From: a virus
Length of the DNA: 64,000 bases
Strand: one strand, 5' to 3'
IMG/VR virus record: IMGVR_UViG_3300009506_000025
Location: 8,808 to 72,807 of that record
Shown here: piece after piece, positions 19,719 through 29,049 of the stretch
Layout: each line of letters starts with the position of its first letter
How positions within the stretch are numbered: the first letter of the stretch is position 1
Program-made: the position numbers and the translations under genes
Notes under the pieces: generated by a model
The model's database searches: none
The model's input: the letters and a program-made list of their open reading frames with translations, nothing else
Told to the model about the DNA's origin: nothing

Positions 19719-20377
19719 ACGCAGTCACGGTATGCGTCAACTATGACGATTACCTGGCACTGACGTTGCCATGGAACGTCGGGCACTTTGACGCCTGGCT
19801 GATCATCACCGATCTGGAGGACGAAGCTACCCGGCGGCTGGTCGAGGACTCCCCCTGGGACAATGTCGAATGCTACGCCACGGACGCCTTCTATCGAGGC
19901 GGCGCGCCGTTCCGCAAGGGCCTGGCGATCGAGGAGGGCTTCGACGCCCTGGGTCGCGAGGGATGGATGATGGTCCTGGACGCTGACGTGATCCTCCCCG
20001 AGGCGTTGACCAGACCGAGAGAGGGCTGGCTGGAAGACTGCATCTACTCGCCCCAGCGGCGGCTTTGCGAGGACGTCCGCTGGTTCACGCACGAACTGGA
20101 GTGGGACACACTCCCCTACGGGAACGAGAAGGTGATCTTCCCTTTCGAGTTCGCCGGATACTGCCAGCTATTTCATGCCTCCGCAAGCTGCCTGAAGAAA
20201 CGCCCTTGGTACGGAGTAGATCACCCAACCGCCCAGGCGTGCGACAGCGACTTCTACTCGAAGTGGCCCAAGGCGAAGCGGGTACGGCCACCCTTTGAGG
20301 TCCTGCACCTCGGGCCGACGCGGGTGAACTGGAGCGGGAGGGTGAGTCCCAGGCTGGGGATCAATCGTGACCACTGA
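19715..20377 (+). CDS. GT-A-like glycosyltransferase
   Basis: AVTVCVNYDDYL, FRKGLAI, VLDADVILP, GYCQLFH, DSDF, VLHLG. Confidence 0.65.
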   Translation: MNAVTVCVNYDDYLALTLPWNVGHFDAWLIITDLEDEATRRLVEDSPWDNVECYATDAFYRGGAPFRKGLAIEEGFDALGREGWMMVLDADVILPEALTRPREGWLEDCIYSPQRRLCEDVRWFTHELEWDTLPYGNEKVIFPFEFAGYCQLFHASASCLKKRPWYGVDHPTAQACDSDFYSKWPKAKRVRPPFEVLHLGPTRVNWSGRVSPRLGINRDH

Positions 20378-20392
20378 AGCGAGGACAATCTC

Positions 20393-20542
20393 ATGCCAAG
20401 GGTTCTCGACGGAAGGCGACTGACCGCCAAGGAACACCGGATCTGGAAGGCGGTGATGGAATCCAGTGGGTCGGGAGGCGCGGCCACCAACGCGGTGAGG
20501 GTCCACCGGAAGATGAGGCGCAAGCGATCGGGAAAGCAGTGA
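20393..20542 (+). CDS. 49-aa basic protein (not in ORF track)
   Basis: GAGGA RBS; MPRVLDGRRLTAKEHRIWKAVMESSGSGGAATNAVRVHRKMRRKRSGKQ; stop overlaps the next start. Confidence 0.55.
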   Translation: MPRVLDGRRLTAKEHRIWKAVMESSGSGGAATNAVRVHRKMRRKRSGKQ

Positions 20543-20871
20543 GTATACACTACTACGGAGTCACGGCCGCCCGCGCCAAGGGACACGAGGGCCACTGGCA
20601 GGTCCAGATCCGCGCCGGGGCCAAGATCCTCACCTGGCCGCGACGATTCGCGGACCAGGTAGAAGCGGCCCGGCTCGCTGACGCCCTGGCCCTCTGCGTT
20701 CGGGGACCGGACGCGAGACTGAACTTCGATGGAGTCTGTCCCCCATGGGTCACACCCGAGATTCTCAGGGCCTTTTTTGAGGATCGAGGCGCCCTGGAAT
20801 CGGCCCCCTGGATCAAAAACTACCCCCCGGACGGCGAAATTCCCCTTGCCGAGCCAGCCGGTGGCGATTAA
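20539..20871 (+). CDS. Stand-alone AP2/ERF-domain DNA-binding protein
   Basis: YYGV...WQVQIR...FADQVEAARLADALALCVRGPDARLNF. Confidence 0.75.
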   Translation: MSIHYYGVTAARAKGHEGHWQVQIRAGAKILTWPRRFADQVEAARLADALALCVRGPDARLNFDGVCPPWVTPEILRAFFEDRGALESAPWIKNYPPDGEIPLAEPAGGD

Positions 20872-20874
20872 AGT
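20846..20874 (+). promoter_or_regulatory. Possible sigma70-type promoter for the head operon
   Basis: TTGCCG-N17-TAAAGT upstream of the scaffold gene. Confidence 0.3.
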
Positions 20875-20987
20875 GCATCTATCCTCCGCATAACACTACC
20901 TCCCCCTGGCTTACACAGACAACGTGTATGCCGTAGTTAGGCGACCAGCTCTCCTCCGCCAGCGAGAGTCGCCGAGGTGATCTATTG

Positions 20988-21998
20988 ATGGCGGAGACTG
21001 CTAGCGCGGCGGCGGAGGAATCTACCCAGCCCGACGGATCTCTTGCGAGCATCGTGGCCAAGGAGGAGGCAGAAGCCGCCAAGGCCACCAAGGCGGCCGA
21101 CGACAAGGCCGCCGCAGATCCGGACGATTCTGACGGGCCGGAGGATGGACTCTCCAAGGAGACCGACGAGGACTACGACGCCCTCTCGGTGACCAAATAC
21201 TACGACGAGACCCAGGGGAGTCGCAAGGCAGAGGTCTTCAAGGATGACGAGAACTTCTTCCGTTGGGTCCGCGAGATGGAAGCCAGCCAGGGACGCCGGG
21301 ACGAGGACGCGATCCTCGGGAAGCAGATCCGCGAGCGGCTATCGGGCAACCCCGAGCTGCTCGACGGAATTCTCGGGGGCAAGAACGGCCAGGCCGCCAA
21401 GGCGTCGGACGAGGAGCCGGAGTTCGACACAGCTTGGGTCACGACGGACGCCCAGGGACGGGTGATCCCCGCTCCGGGTGCCCCCCCGGACGCCATGAGG
21501 AAGCACGCCGCCTGGCAGCGGAAGATCCAGCGATTCGCGGCCAACCCCGAGAAGTTCGTCGAGGAGGCGGTCGCCAAGAGGCTAGAGCAGTTCGAGGCCC
21601 GCTTTCAGCAGACCGAGGAGAAGCTCCAGCGCCAACAGCAGGAGGCAGCCCTGGGGCAGTGGCTGGGGGCCAACAGCCAGGCCCTCTATCTTGAAGGCGA
21701 CTACCGTAAGGGCATGACCCGTCCCGGCAAACAGACGACGGAGCTGGCCCAGGCCATCGCCGAGCGTGGCGGCGAGGTGGACATGGAGCTGCTGGACAAG
21801 ATCCTCAAGCTGGCGGTGGCATCTGGCCCCAAGCCCGCGCCGAGGAAGGTTCCACCCAAGGCCGTCCGGACCCCGGGCGTCGCCAAGCAGCCACCCCCGT
21901 CGCAGGACGAAGAGAGCCTATTCCGCGAGGCAGAGAAACAAGGTAAATCCTTTGCCGAGGTCTTCGCCGAGATCTCGGCCAGGGACGCAACGACCTGA
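20988..21998 (+). CDS. Putative capsid scaffolding protein
   Basis: Acidic disordered N-terminus, coiled coil, position directly before the capsid gene. Confidence 0.65.
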   Translation: MAETASAAAEESTQPDGSLASIVAKEEAEAAKATKAADDKAAADPDDSDGPEDGLSKETDEDYDALSVTKYYDETQGSRKAEVFKDDENFFRWVREMEASQGRRDEDAILGKQIRERLSGNPELLDGILGGKNGQAAKASDEEPEFDTAWVTTDAQGRVIPAPGAPPDAMRKHAAWQRKIQRFAANPEKFVEEAVAKRLEQFEARFQQTEEKLQRQQQEAALGQWLGANSQALYLEGDYRKGMTRPGKQTTELAQAIAERGGEVDMELLDKILKLAVASGPKPAPRKVPPKAVRTPGVAKQPPPSQDEESLFREAEKQGKSFAEVFAEISARDATT

Positions 21999-22185
21999 GT
22001 AAAGCGATAACCGTGGCGGCGATTTCGGCGGAGGGGTCGCCGTCGCGTAACGCCCGGGGGGCCGGGCGGATAATCCTTCTCCGGAAGGACCCATCCCGCC
22101 CCCTGTTTTTCCCCTCCGCCAGGTTTCCTCCGCTATAGCCCTCCCCGGACCCTCCATGGCAATCCGAATCGGTCCCTTGTGACCG

Positions 22186-23301
22186 ATGGCTTATAGCGTA
22201 GGGGACCACCAAATGGCCCACATCGAAGCCACGGCGAGGATCAAAACCACCACACTGGACGCCGCCCTGCGGGTCAAGGTGGAGCCGGTCTTTCGCAAGA
22301 GCTACTTTCTCGAAGCGCTCCGCAGCCGCGGACGAATCAGCTTCAACGAGTCCGGCGAGTACATGACCTGGCGGCCTCGGAAGCGGGCGCGGAGCATCAC
22401 GGCGGGAAGCGGGACGAACATCGAAATCCCCTTCCCCCAGACCAACATCCGGGCCAAGGTCAGCCTGCCCTGGCGGCACTACTACCTTGGCGAGTCGATC
22501 GAGTATTACGAGCTGCTGGTGAACAAGGGCGAGAACGCCGTGTTCTCGATCATGGACGATGCCGTGGACGCCGCGGCCGATGACTTCGTCCGCAGCTTCC
22601 GGCCCAAGCTCTACTCGGATGGCGACGCCGGCGCGGGGAACGAGCTGCACGGCCTGGAGTCGTGTATGGCCGTCAACGGCCTGATCACCAACTCGAAGTG
22701 CTGCAACCCCAACGACACCTACGCCACGACCTCGACGGCCCTGGGCGTCGGCGGGGCATGGACCGCAGACACGGGCGATGGATGGCCCACCGGGACGGGG
22801 GACCCAGAGTACCATTGGTGGTCCCCCATAGTGATTGACTACAATCACCCAGATTGGGCGGGAGCCAACAACTGGACGACTTCCTGGCAGCAGGTGCTCC
22901 GGTACGGCCAGACCTACCTGAGCAACCTCCAGCAGGAGGACCCGGACGTCTGCCTGCTCCACCCCGAGCTGTTGCGCGAGGCCAAGGACTCCCTGGAATC
23001 GGCCCAGCGCTTCGAGCTGACCCAGCAGGAGGGCCGGACCAACGTCGGCCACAAGACGCTGCTGTTCGAGGACATCGAGATCGCCACGGAGTACGGGATG
23101 CCCGACGGCGTGGGCTACTTCCTCTCCTTCGAGAACCTCCAGCTGCGGTGCCTGACGAGCCAGCTCGTCGAGACCCAGCAGGACACCGACATCGTCTCTG
23201 GGGGGACGAAACTCGTTTCGTTCCAGTTCTTCGGGAACCTGATGATCTACGCCCCCAGCTTCCTAGCCAAGCTCCTCGGGTACTCGGCCGCCGGAACCTA
23301 A
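22186..23301 (+). CDS. Putative major capsid protein
   Basis: 371 aa; lies between scaffold-like and decoration-like genes; LYSDG..GNELHGL and C-terminal FFGNL patterns typical of phage coat proteins. Confidence 0.75.
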   Translation: MAYSVGDHQMAHIEATARIKTTTLDAALRVKVEPVFRKSYFLEALRSRGRISFNESGEYMTWRPRKRARSITAGSGTNIEIPFPQTNIRAKVSLPWRHYYLGESIEYYELLVNKGENAVFSIMDDAVDAAADDFVRSFRPKLYSDGDAGAGNELHGLESCMAVNGLITNSKCCNPNDTYATTSTALGVGGAWTADTGDGWPTGTGDPEYHWWSPIVIDYNHPDWAGANNWTTSWQQVLRYGQTYLSNLQQEDPDVCLLHPELLREAKDSLESAQRFELTQQEGRTNVGHKTLLFEDIEIATEYGMPDGVGYFLSFENLQLRCLTSQLVETQQDTDIVSGGTKLVSFQFFGNLMIYAPSFLAKLLGYSAAGT

Positions 23302-23366
23302 CCGGCAGCTCCAGTGTGAGAGGGTTACTTTCGTTTCAATAGGGGCATTTTCAAGGAGAAAACCCG

Positions 23367-23936
23367 ATGGGAATGACAAACCATTGCCTCCCGTTTCCCC
23401 GGGGTTCGACGTACTCGGACGGCGGGACACTGACGATGACGGACACCTTCAAGAACGACCTGCTGGGGCGGGTCTTCCTGACGCCCGATACCGTCCACGG
23501 CACGGGAAAGACCGTCGCCCTGCGTGTCGTGAAGAACGATACGGGCGCGGCGATTACGGTGGCCCGCAATCTCTGCGAGTTCGATGGCGCCGACGCCTAC
23601 GACTTCGGTCGAAAGGTGACCAGCTTCGGGAACAACCTTTCCGCCCAGGGCGCCGTCTGCAAACCGCTGGACGACGCCTACACCGTGGGGGCGAGCATCC
23701 CGGCCAACGACCTCTTCTACGTGATTGAGGAGGGCTACGCTACGGTCCTGACCGAGAGCGGGGCCGTCTCGCTCCCGAGGGGCACGGCTGTCTGCGCCAA
23801 CGCGACCGGGACCCTGGACGGCGCCCGCGCCGCCGCGGGGACCTATGTGATCGGGACGATGGTGAATCCCTGCTACGCAGCGAGCACCAACGCGATCATC
23901 GACGTCAACGCCGGGCTCTTGAACGCCTCGGCCTAA
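23367..23936 (+). CDS. Putative capsid decoration protein
   Basis: Small Ala/Gly/Thr beta protein directly after the capsid gene; FYVIEEG motif. Confidence 0.6.
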   Translation: MGMTNHCLPFPRGSTYSDGGTLTMTDTFKNDLLGRVFLTPDTVHGTGKTVALRVVKNDTGAAITVARNLCEFDGADAYDFGRKVTSFGNNLSAQGAVCKPLDDAYTVGASIPANDLFYVIEEGYATVLTESGAVSLPRGTAVCANATGTLDGARAAAGTYVIGTMVNPCYAASTNAIIDVNAGLLNASA

Positions 23937-24000
23937 CGACCCGATCCTTCAGCACGGCCCCCGGGCGGTCCCAACTGCCTCCCGGGCCCCCGGAGGGCCG

Positions 24001-24429
24001 GTGCTGATCGATCAGAGCAAAGCGATGTTTGTACGCGACCTTCATAACCAGCCTGTTCCGGAGAATCTCCAAGACATCTTCGCTGGTCTGGAGTGCATCA
24101 AGCGGTGGTCGAAGAGGATGCAGGAAATGATCGCCCAGCTGGGCAGCCTGGCTATGGAGCCCTACGGGAGGGCGATCGATTACGAGTGGGCGAGGGTGGT
24201 CTTGCTGGAGGTGGTGGCGCACGTCGCCGATGCTGCCCCGGCCAGGCCCTGTCGCTGCGAAGCCTTTGATCTGTCATGCGAGCTATGCCATGGGAGCCGC
24301 TGGTACAACCGAGCAGACTACTACCGCACACTCCGCCCTCGTCACGGTGACGGGGATCTATCGCAGGCCCTGGACGACGCGCCTACGGAGCCCATCGCTT
24401 CGTGCGGTGGTTCAGTTCGAGGGCGGTGA
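24001..24429 (+). CDS. Hypothetical protein with Cys cluster
   Basis: CRC..CELCHG; overlaps the next ORF. Confidence 0.4.
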   Translation: MLIDQSKAMFVRDLHNQPVPENLQDIFAGLECIKRWSKRMQEMIAQLGSLAMEPYGRAIDYEWARVVLLEVVAHVADAAPARPCRCEAFDLSCELCHGSRWYNRADYYRTLRPRHGDGDLSQALDDAPTEPIASCGGSVRGR

Positions 24430-24625
24430 GATCGAGGTGGTCAGCAACGAGCAGGAGATCATGGACCGGCTCAGTGAGATCGGCGAGGAAAGCCTCGTGC
24501 GGATCAGTGGTGAACTGATCGAGCATCGCTGGAGCAGAGGAGATGGAGTAGAGCTGCGCCGTCACCAGATCAAACCGAACGAGATTGTGGTCATCCGCAA
24601 CGCCAGACACCCTTCACAGACGTAG
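24290..24625 (+). CDS. Small SSB-like OB-fold protein
   Basis: VTVTG....SLVRISGELIEHRWSRGDG..RHQI resembles SSB beta strands; lacks an acidic tail. Confidence 0.45.
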   Translation: MGAAGTTEQTTTAHSALVTVTGIYRRPWTTRLRSPSLRAVVQFEGGEIEVVSNEQEIMDRLSEIGEESLVRISGELIEHRWSRGDGVELRRHQIKPNEIVVIRNARHPSQT

Positions 24626-24633
24626 GCGCGCCG

Positions 24634-24954
24634 ATGGAGAAGCTCAGCTCACCCTTGAACATTATCGATCGCCTCCGGCAAGAGGGCGTGGATTACCGCA
24701 CGGATATTCCCGCGGTGAGGGCCTGTGCGGTGGCCGCCTTCGGCGGCGCCAAAGGTCTCGCGGAGATGCTAGCGCAGGAGTACGAAGCCGCCCGCCCGGG
24801 GAGCGCGGTCCGAGCCAAGATCCTCACGACGATCCTCGATATGATCAAGGATGACCCAGGCGAGGAAGAGGAGTTCGATGACGAGGACTACGAAGCGGTC
24901 GATCGGCTGATCTCGGGGGGGTCGCCAGGAGGTGCCAATGGCGATTCCACTTGA
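24634..24954 (+). CDS. Possible terminase small subunit
   Basis: Small helical protein overlapping the start of the large terminase. Confidence 0.4.
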   Translation: MEKLSSPLNIIDRLRQEGVDYRTDIPAVRACAVAAFGGAKGLAEMLAQEYEAARPGSAVRAKILTTILDMIKDDPGEEEEFDDEDYEAVDRLISGGSPGGANGDST

Positions 24955-26677
24955 TATGTCGGCCCTGGTCGCCCGGACCTCCTCGGCGCCTCGCCTGGAC
25001 GCCGGGGCGATGACCTCGCAGATAGCCTACCTGGCTAGTCGAGCCAGCCGCCGCCGCAAGATCAAGAAGATCCTCGCCCGGCACATGGAGGGGCTGAGGC
25101 TGGTCCGCCCGCTTCCACACCTGGAATGCTTTCACCGATCAGGAAAAGCCTGGAGGATAATCGACGGCAGCAACCGCTCCTCGAAAACCATGAGCGCCTG
25201 CATTGAGCTGTGCCGGGCGATCCTCTCCGCTGACCCCTACAAGAAGTACATTCCCTACCAAGGGAACGTGATTGTCGTAGGGATGAAACTCGACCATGTC
25301 GAGATGATCTGGAGGAAGTGCGCCATGCCGGGCGCCTTCAAGATCATCCGAGACGAGATCAACGGGCTCTATCGGGCAGTTCGCCCTGACCCCAACGATC
25401 CCCTCCATCTCGATCCTTACGACGAGGCGTACCGGGAGAAGTGGCGGGACGGTCCACCGTTGATCCCCGCCAGGATGATCAGGGGTAACATCGCCTGGGA
25501 GGATCGGGCCAGGGCAATCCCCTCCTTCGCCAAGTTCGCGACCGGATGGCAGATCCACTTCCACTCCTCGAAGTCCGTCCCCCCCCAAGGCGACCACTAC
25601 CACTTTGCCCTGCTCGATGAGGAACTCCTCAACCCGATGTTCCTCACGGAGATCCGCCGCGGACTGGTGGCCCTGGACGAGCCGGTCGATCAGCGCCCCC
25701 GAGGGATCTGGTCCGCTACCGCCCAGACCACCAACCCCGAGCTGCTGCGGATGCGGGAGCAGGCCGATGCCGGATCGGCGCGGGTGGACGCCTTCCAGGC
25801 CCTGATCAAGGACAACCCCTACGTCCCCGACGAGGAGAAGCAGGCTTTCCACGATTCCCTGAGCCCCGAGGACCGGAGGGTCCGCTACTACGGCGAGTAC
25901 ACTCTGGCCGGGATGCGGTGCTACCCCAACTTCGATGCCCAGACGATCCACGGCTACGAGCCGATGGAGATCCCGGATACCTGGTGCCGCTATCTGATCC
26001 TCGACCCCGGGACCCGGCACTGCGGGACGCTGTTTGCGGCGGTCGATCCCCAGGAGGCCCACGTTTGGGTCTACGACGGTTTCGATCTCCAAAACGGCGA
26101 CCCGGCGACCTGGGCCCAGCGGATTGCCGCGCGCCACGAGCAGTTCCAGGCGGGGATCATCGACACCAAGGCGGGCAAGCAGCGCTCGATGGGGATGTCA
26201 AGCCAGACCGTCAACGTAGCCACCGCGTACTTCAGCGCCCTGAAGGACGAGGGTGTGCGGTTCATCCAGGAGGGACCTCTCTACGGGTTTTTTGCGGGCA
26301 GCGAAGATCAGCCGGGCAGGCAGACCGCGCTCCAGACCTGGCTGACGATCAGGGAGCATGGTCCGTTCTCCGGGACCTGCAAACTCCAGGTAGCCCGGGG
26401 AGCGATTCCCGAGCTTGAGGATCAGGTCCGCTTCGCCCACATGGACCTCCAGAACCCGGATCGGCGGGCCAAGCCTAAGTGGAATCGCTTCCAGGAGGAC
26501 TTGCTGGTCTGCCTGGAGTACCTGGCCGCCTTCGAGCCCCGCTACTTCGCGCCGAAGATCGTCGAGGACCCGCGAGGGGCGGAAGTCTACTGGCAATACA
26601 AGAACTCAAGACGGGTCCACGCCCGCCGTCGTGCCGCCACTTCCAGCCAGGCGAGTTCGATGATCGAAATGGGCTGA
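24938..26677 (+). CDS. terL: Terminase large subunit
   Basis: Walker A-like GSNRSSKT, Walker B FALLDEE, coupling motif SAT, DNPY, RNase H-like LILDPG. Confidence 0.9.
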   Translation: MAIPLDMSALVARTSSAPRLDAGAMTSQIAYLASRASRRRKIKKILARHMEGLRLVRPLPHLECFHRSGKAWRIIDGSNRSSKTMSACIELCRAILSADPYKKYIPYQGNVIVVGMKLDHVEMIWRKCAMPGAFKIIRDEINGLYRAVRPDPNDPLHLDPYDEAYREKWRDGPPLIPARMIRGNIAWEDRARAIPSFAKFATGWQIHFHSSKSVPPQGDHYHFALLDEELLNPMFLTEIRRGLVALDEPVDQRPRGIWSATAQTTNPELLRMREQADAGSARVDAFQALIKDNPYVPDEEKQAFHDSLSPEDRRVRYYGEYTLAGMRCYPNFDAQTIHGYEPMEIPDTWCRYLILDPGTRHCGTLFAAVDPQEAHVWVYDGFDLQNGDPATWAQRIAARHEQFQAGIIDTKAGKQRSMGMSSQTVNVATAYFSALKDEGVRFIQEGPLYGFFAGSEDQPGRQTALQTWLTIREHGPFSGTCKLQVARGAIPELEDQVRFAHMDLQNPDRRAKPKWNRFQEDLLVCLEYLAAFEPRYFAPKIVEDPRGAEVYWQYKNSRRVHARRRAATSSQASSMIEMG

Positions 26678-26696
26678 AGCTGAAGGAGAATCTGCA

Positions 26697-27146
26697 ATGA
26701 GGGAGGAATTCGTTTATCCCGACATCAGAATGGGAATGTTCGTCGAGGTGAGCAACGATCCCAGCCGGAGCGACCGGATGCTGGGGATCGTGATCGACCC
26801 GAAGAACGAGTGCGCCGACATCTGCACGATCACCCGAACCGGGCTCGGGATGCGCCGAAACTGTTGGTACGAGGGCGACCCCCGATGTGACCACGAGCTT
26901 GAGCACTTCCACAGGAACCAGTCCGGGGTGTTCAACATCGCGCCCAGGGAGCTGGAGATCATCCACCTCCGCGAGGACCTCGACAAACTGACGCAGGAAC
27001 TAGAGGAGGCGAAAGCGAGGGAGGCCGTCAAGCCACTCCGGAAGCAAGATCCTCCGCAGATTGCCGAGGCCGCTGACCTCCCCGCGCCAAAGCGCAAGGG
27101 ACGCCCCCCCAAGAGCACCCGACCAGAACCGGTGATCGCCCAATAG
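26697..27146 (+). CDS. Hypothetical protein
   Basis: AAGGAG RBS; C-terminal KRKGRPPK (AT-hook-like). Confidence 0.65.
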   Translation: MREEFVYPDIRMGMFVEVSNDPSRSDRMLGIVIDPKNECADICTITRTGLGMRRNCWYEGDPRCDHELEHFHRNQSGVFNIAPRELEIIHLREDLDKLTQELEEAKAREAVKPLRKQDPPQIAEAADLPAPKRKGRPPKSTRPEPVIAQ

Positions 27147-27165
27147 TCACCCCCGGACTTGACCT

Positions 27166-29049
27166 ATGGACATCCAGGGATTTCTCCAGTCGATTACTTC
27201 GCTTTGGCTGAAGCAGATCGAGATCTGCGAAGAGTCCAAGGAGGCCAAGTTTGGCAAGACCGCGCGCCGCCTCTGGGACTTCCTGGGAAAGTCCTACCGC
27301 CAACTCTACCTGGAAGGGGAAGGTGACCTAGCCTTTGCCAACGCGCGCAAACCGCTCTACAAGAGCAGGATCAGCAAGTCCGCCGAGGCCGTGGCGATCC
27401 TGGTCCCCTGGGTCCTGAGCCAGTTGCCCCACCGCCGCGTCACCCCGCGGCGCCCGGCCCTCTCCCTAGAACTCCAACAGATGGTCCCGCAGGCAGCTAC
27501 GCTGCGGCAGGCGATCGATCAGCAAGACCTCCTGGGGGCGTATCTCCTGGAGTGGTTCTTGAACTACACGGTCAACGAGTTCGGGCTCAAGCGGGAGGCC
27601 CGCACTGCACTACCCGAGGCGTTCGTTAAGGGGCGAGGGATTCTCTGGCACGAGATGGTAGACTCGGCGGCGGGGCTGATTCCCTCCAGCCAATTCGAGT
27701 CGGTAGATAATCTCCTGATCGACAGCGATGCCATCAGGCCCAAGGATGCGGGATTCATCATGCGGGGCCGGGACATCAGCGTCTGGAAGCTGTCCGAGAT
27801 CTCCGGGCTGCCGCGGGAGTATCTCCGCGGCGTAGCCAAGTCCGGTTTCAGAAAGGCCAGCGGGGGCGGGACCGGAAAAGAGGACCGCGACGTCTGCCGA
27901 TGCTACGAGGTCTATTCCAGGGTGGGAATCGGGCACTGGCTCGATCGCAGCGACGATGCACTGAAACGATTGGGCGACATTCTCGACGACATAGGACGCC
28001 ATATCCACCTGATGGTAATGGACGGCGTACCGTTCCCGCTGAATCTCAATCCCGCGAATCTGACCTTGCTCGATGAGCCGATCAGTGAGATCGGGGACCG
28101 GCTCCGCTGGCCGATCCCCTTCTGGGCCGATATGTCGGAGAATCCCTGGCCCTACAGCGCCCTGGACTTCTACCCGCACCAGGCAGACCCCTGGGCGACG
28201 TCCCCGCTGGAGCCCGGGCTGCCGATGCAGGTCTACCTGGACCACTTGTATTCGTTCGCGATGAGCCGGATCGCGATCACCAGCCGCAACATCGGGTTCG
28301 TGGCTAAGGCCCTGGAACAGGCGGCAAGGGATGCAATCGAGGCCGGTAACGATCTGACGCTCGTGCCCGTGGATGGGGAGCCGGGACTGGAACTCGATAG
28401 GTTCTTCAAGATGCTGGAGTTCCCTAAAACCAACGAGGACCTCTGGACGATCGCCGCGATGGTCGAGCGGGCCTACGAACGGGCCACGGGGCTCGACCCC
28501 AGGCTCTATGGGTCGCAGGGCGAGACGCAGTTGCGATCCGCCAAGGAGGCGGCGCTGCTGGAGTCGCACGTCAGCTCACGCCCCGATGACTACGCCGACG
28601 CCACGGAGGATTGGCTTTCCGCCGCCGCCGGAAAAGAGCAGCAGATGGCCCGCCAGATGGTGGATCATACCGTCGTGGCCCCGATCTTCGGCGAGCAGTT
28701 GCCAGCAGAGAACGACCCCAATCCGATCTTCGGCCCACTTACGGAGAAGTGGCTGGAGCTGGTCTATACCGAGGACCCCTTCACGGCCGCGGCCCAATAC
28801 GCCTGCCGAGTTGAGGCAGGGCAGGCCCGACGGCAGAACAAGGCCAAGGACCTCGCCGACGTTGAGCAGACGATCCAGACCCTGGGCCAGCCCCTGGTGG
28901 CACTGGCCTTGCAGGGCCTGCCGGGGCCGTTCAACGCCCTGATGGAGATGATGGGGGAGGCCCACGGAATCGACGTGACGAAGTTTATGATCCCCGAGGG
29001 CTTCCGTCCGGCGGGGCAGGAAGAGGAAGGCGCTGAAGGAGAAGTCTGA
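27166..29049 (+). CDS. Putative portal protein (P22/podovirus-like size)
   Basis: 627 aa after the terminase; KGRGILW, NLLIDSDA, ATG..YG.....SAKEA patterns. Confidence 0.75.
   Translation: MDIQGFLQSITSLWLKQIEICEESKEAKFGKTARRLWDFLGKSYRQLYLEGEGDLAFANARKPLYKSRISKSAEAVAILVPWVLSQLPHRRVTPRRPALSLELQQMVPQAATLRQAIDQQDLLGAYLLEWFLNYTVNEFGLKREARTALPEAFVKGRGILWHEMVDSAAGLIPSSQFESVDNLLIDSDAIRPKDAGFIMRGRDISVWKLSEISGLPREYLRGVAKSGFRKASGGGTGKEDRDVCRCYEVYSRVGIGHWLDRSDDALKRLGDILDDIGRHIHLMVMDGVPFPLNLNPANLTLLDEPISEIGDRLRWPIPFWADMSENPWPYSALDFYPHQADPWATSPLEPGLPMQVYLDHLYSFAMSRIAITSRNIGFVAKALEQAARDAIEAGNDLTLVPVDGEPGLELDRFFKMLEFPKTNEDLWTIAAMVERAYERATGLDPRLYGSQGETQLRSAKEAALLESHVSSRPDDYADATEDWLSAAAGKEQQMARQMVDHTVVAPIFGEQLPAENDPNPIFGPLTEKWLELVYTEDPFTAAAQYACRVEAGQARRQNKAKDLADVEQTIQTLGQPLVALALQGLPGPFNALMEMMGEAHGIDVTKFMIPEGFRPAGQEEEGAEGEV

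Noticed and set aside
3398-20377. Host LPS/capsule locus or DNA hypermodification cluster
   Set aside because: No flippase, polymerase, export or membrane priming GT, and no base hydroxymethylase or DNA polymerase; genes are interleaved with virion-like genes. Disfavoured but not formally excluded
21805-23052. 415-aa minus-strand ORF
   Set aside because: Antisense shadow of the capsid gene
25165-25190. Deviant terminase Walker A (GSNRSSKT) as a sign of inactivation
   Set aside because: The catalytic Arg and Lys-Thr plus Walker B are retained; terminase P-loops are commonly degenerate
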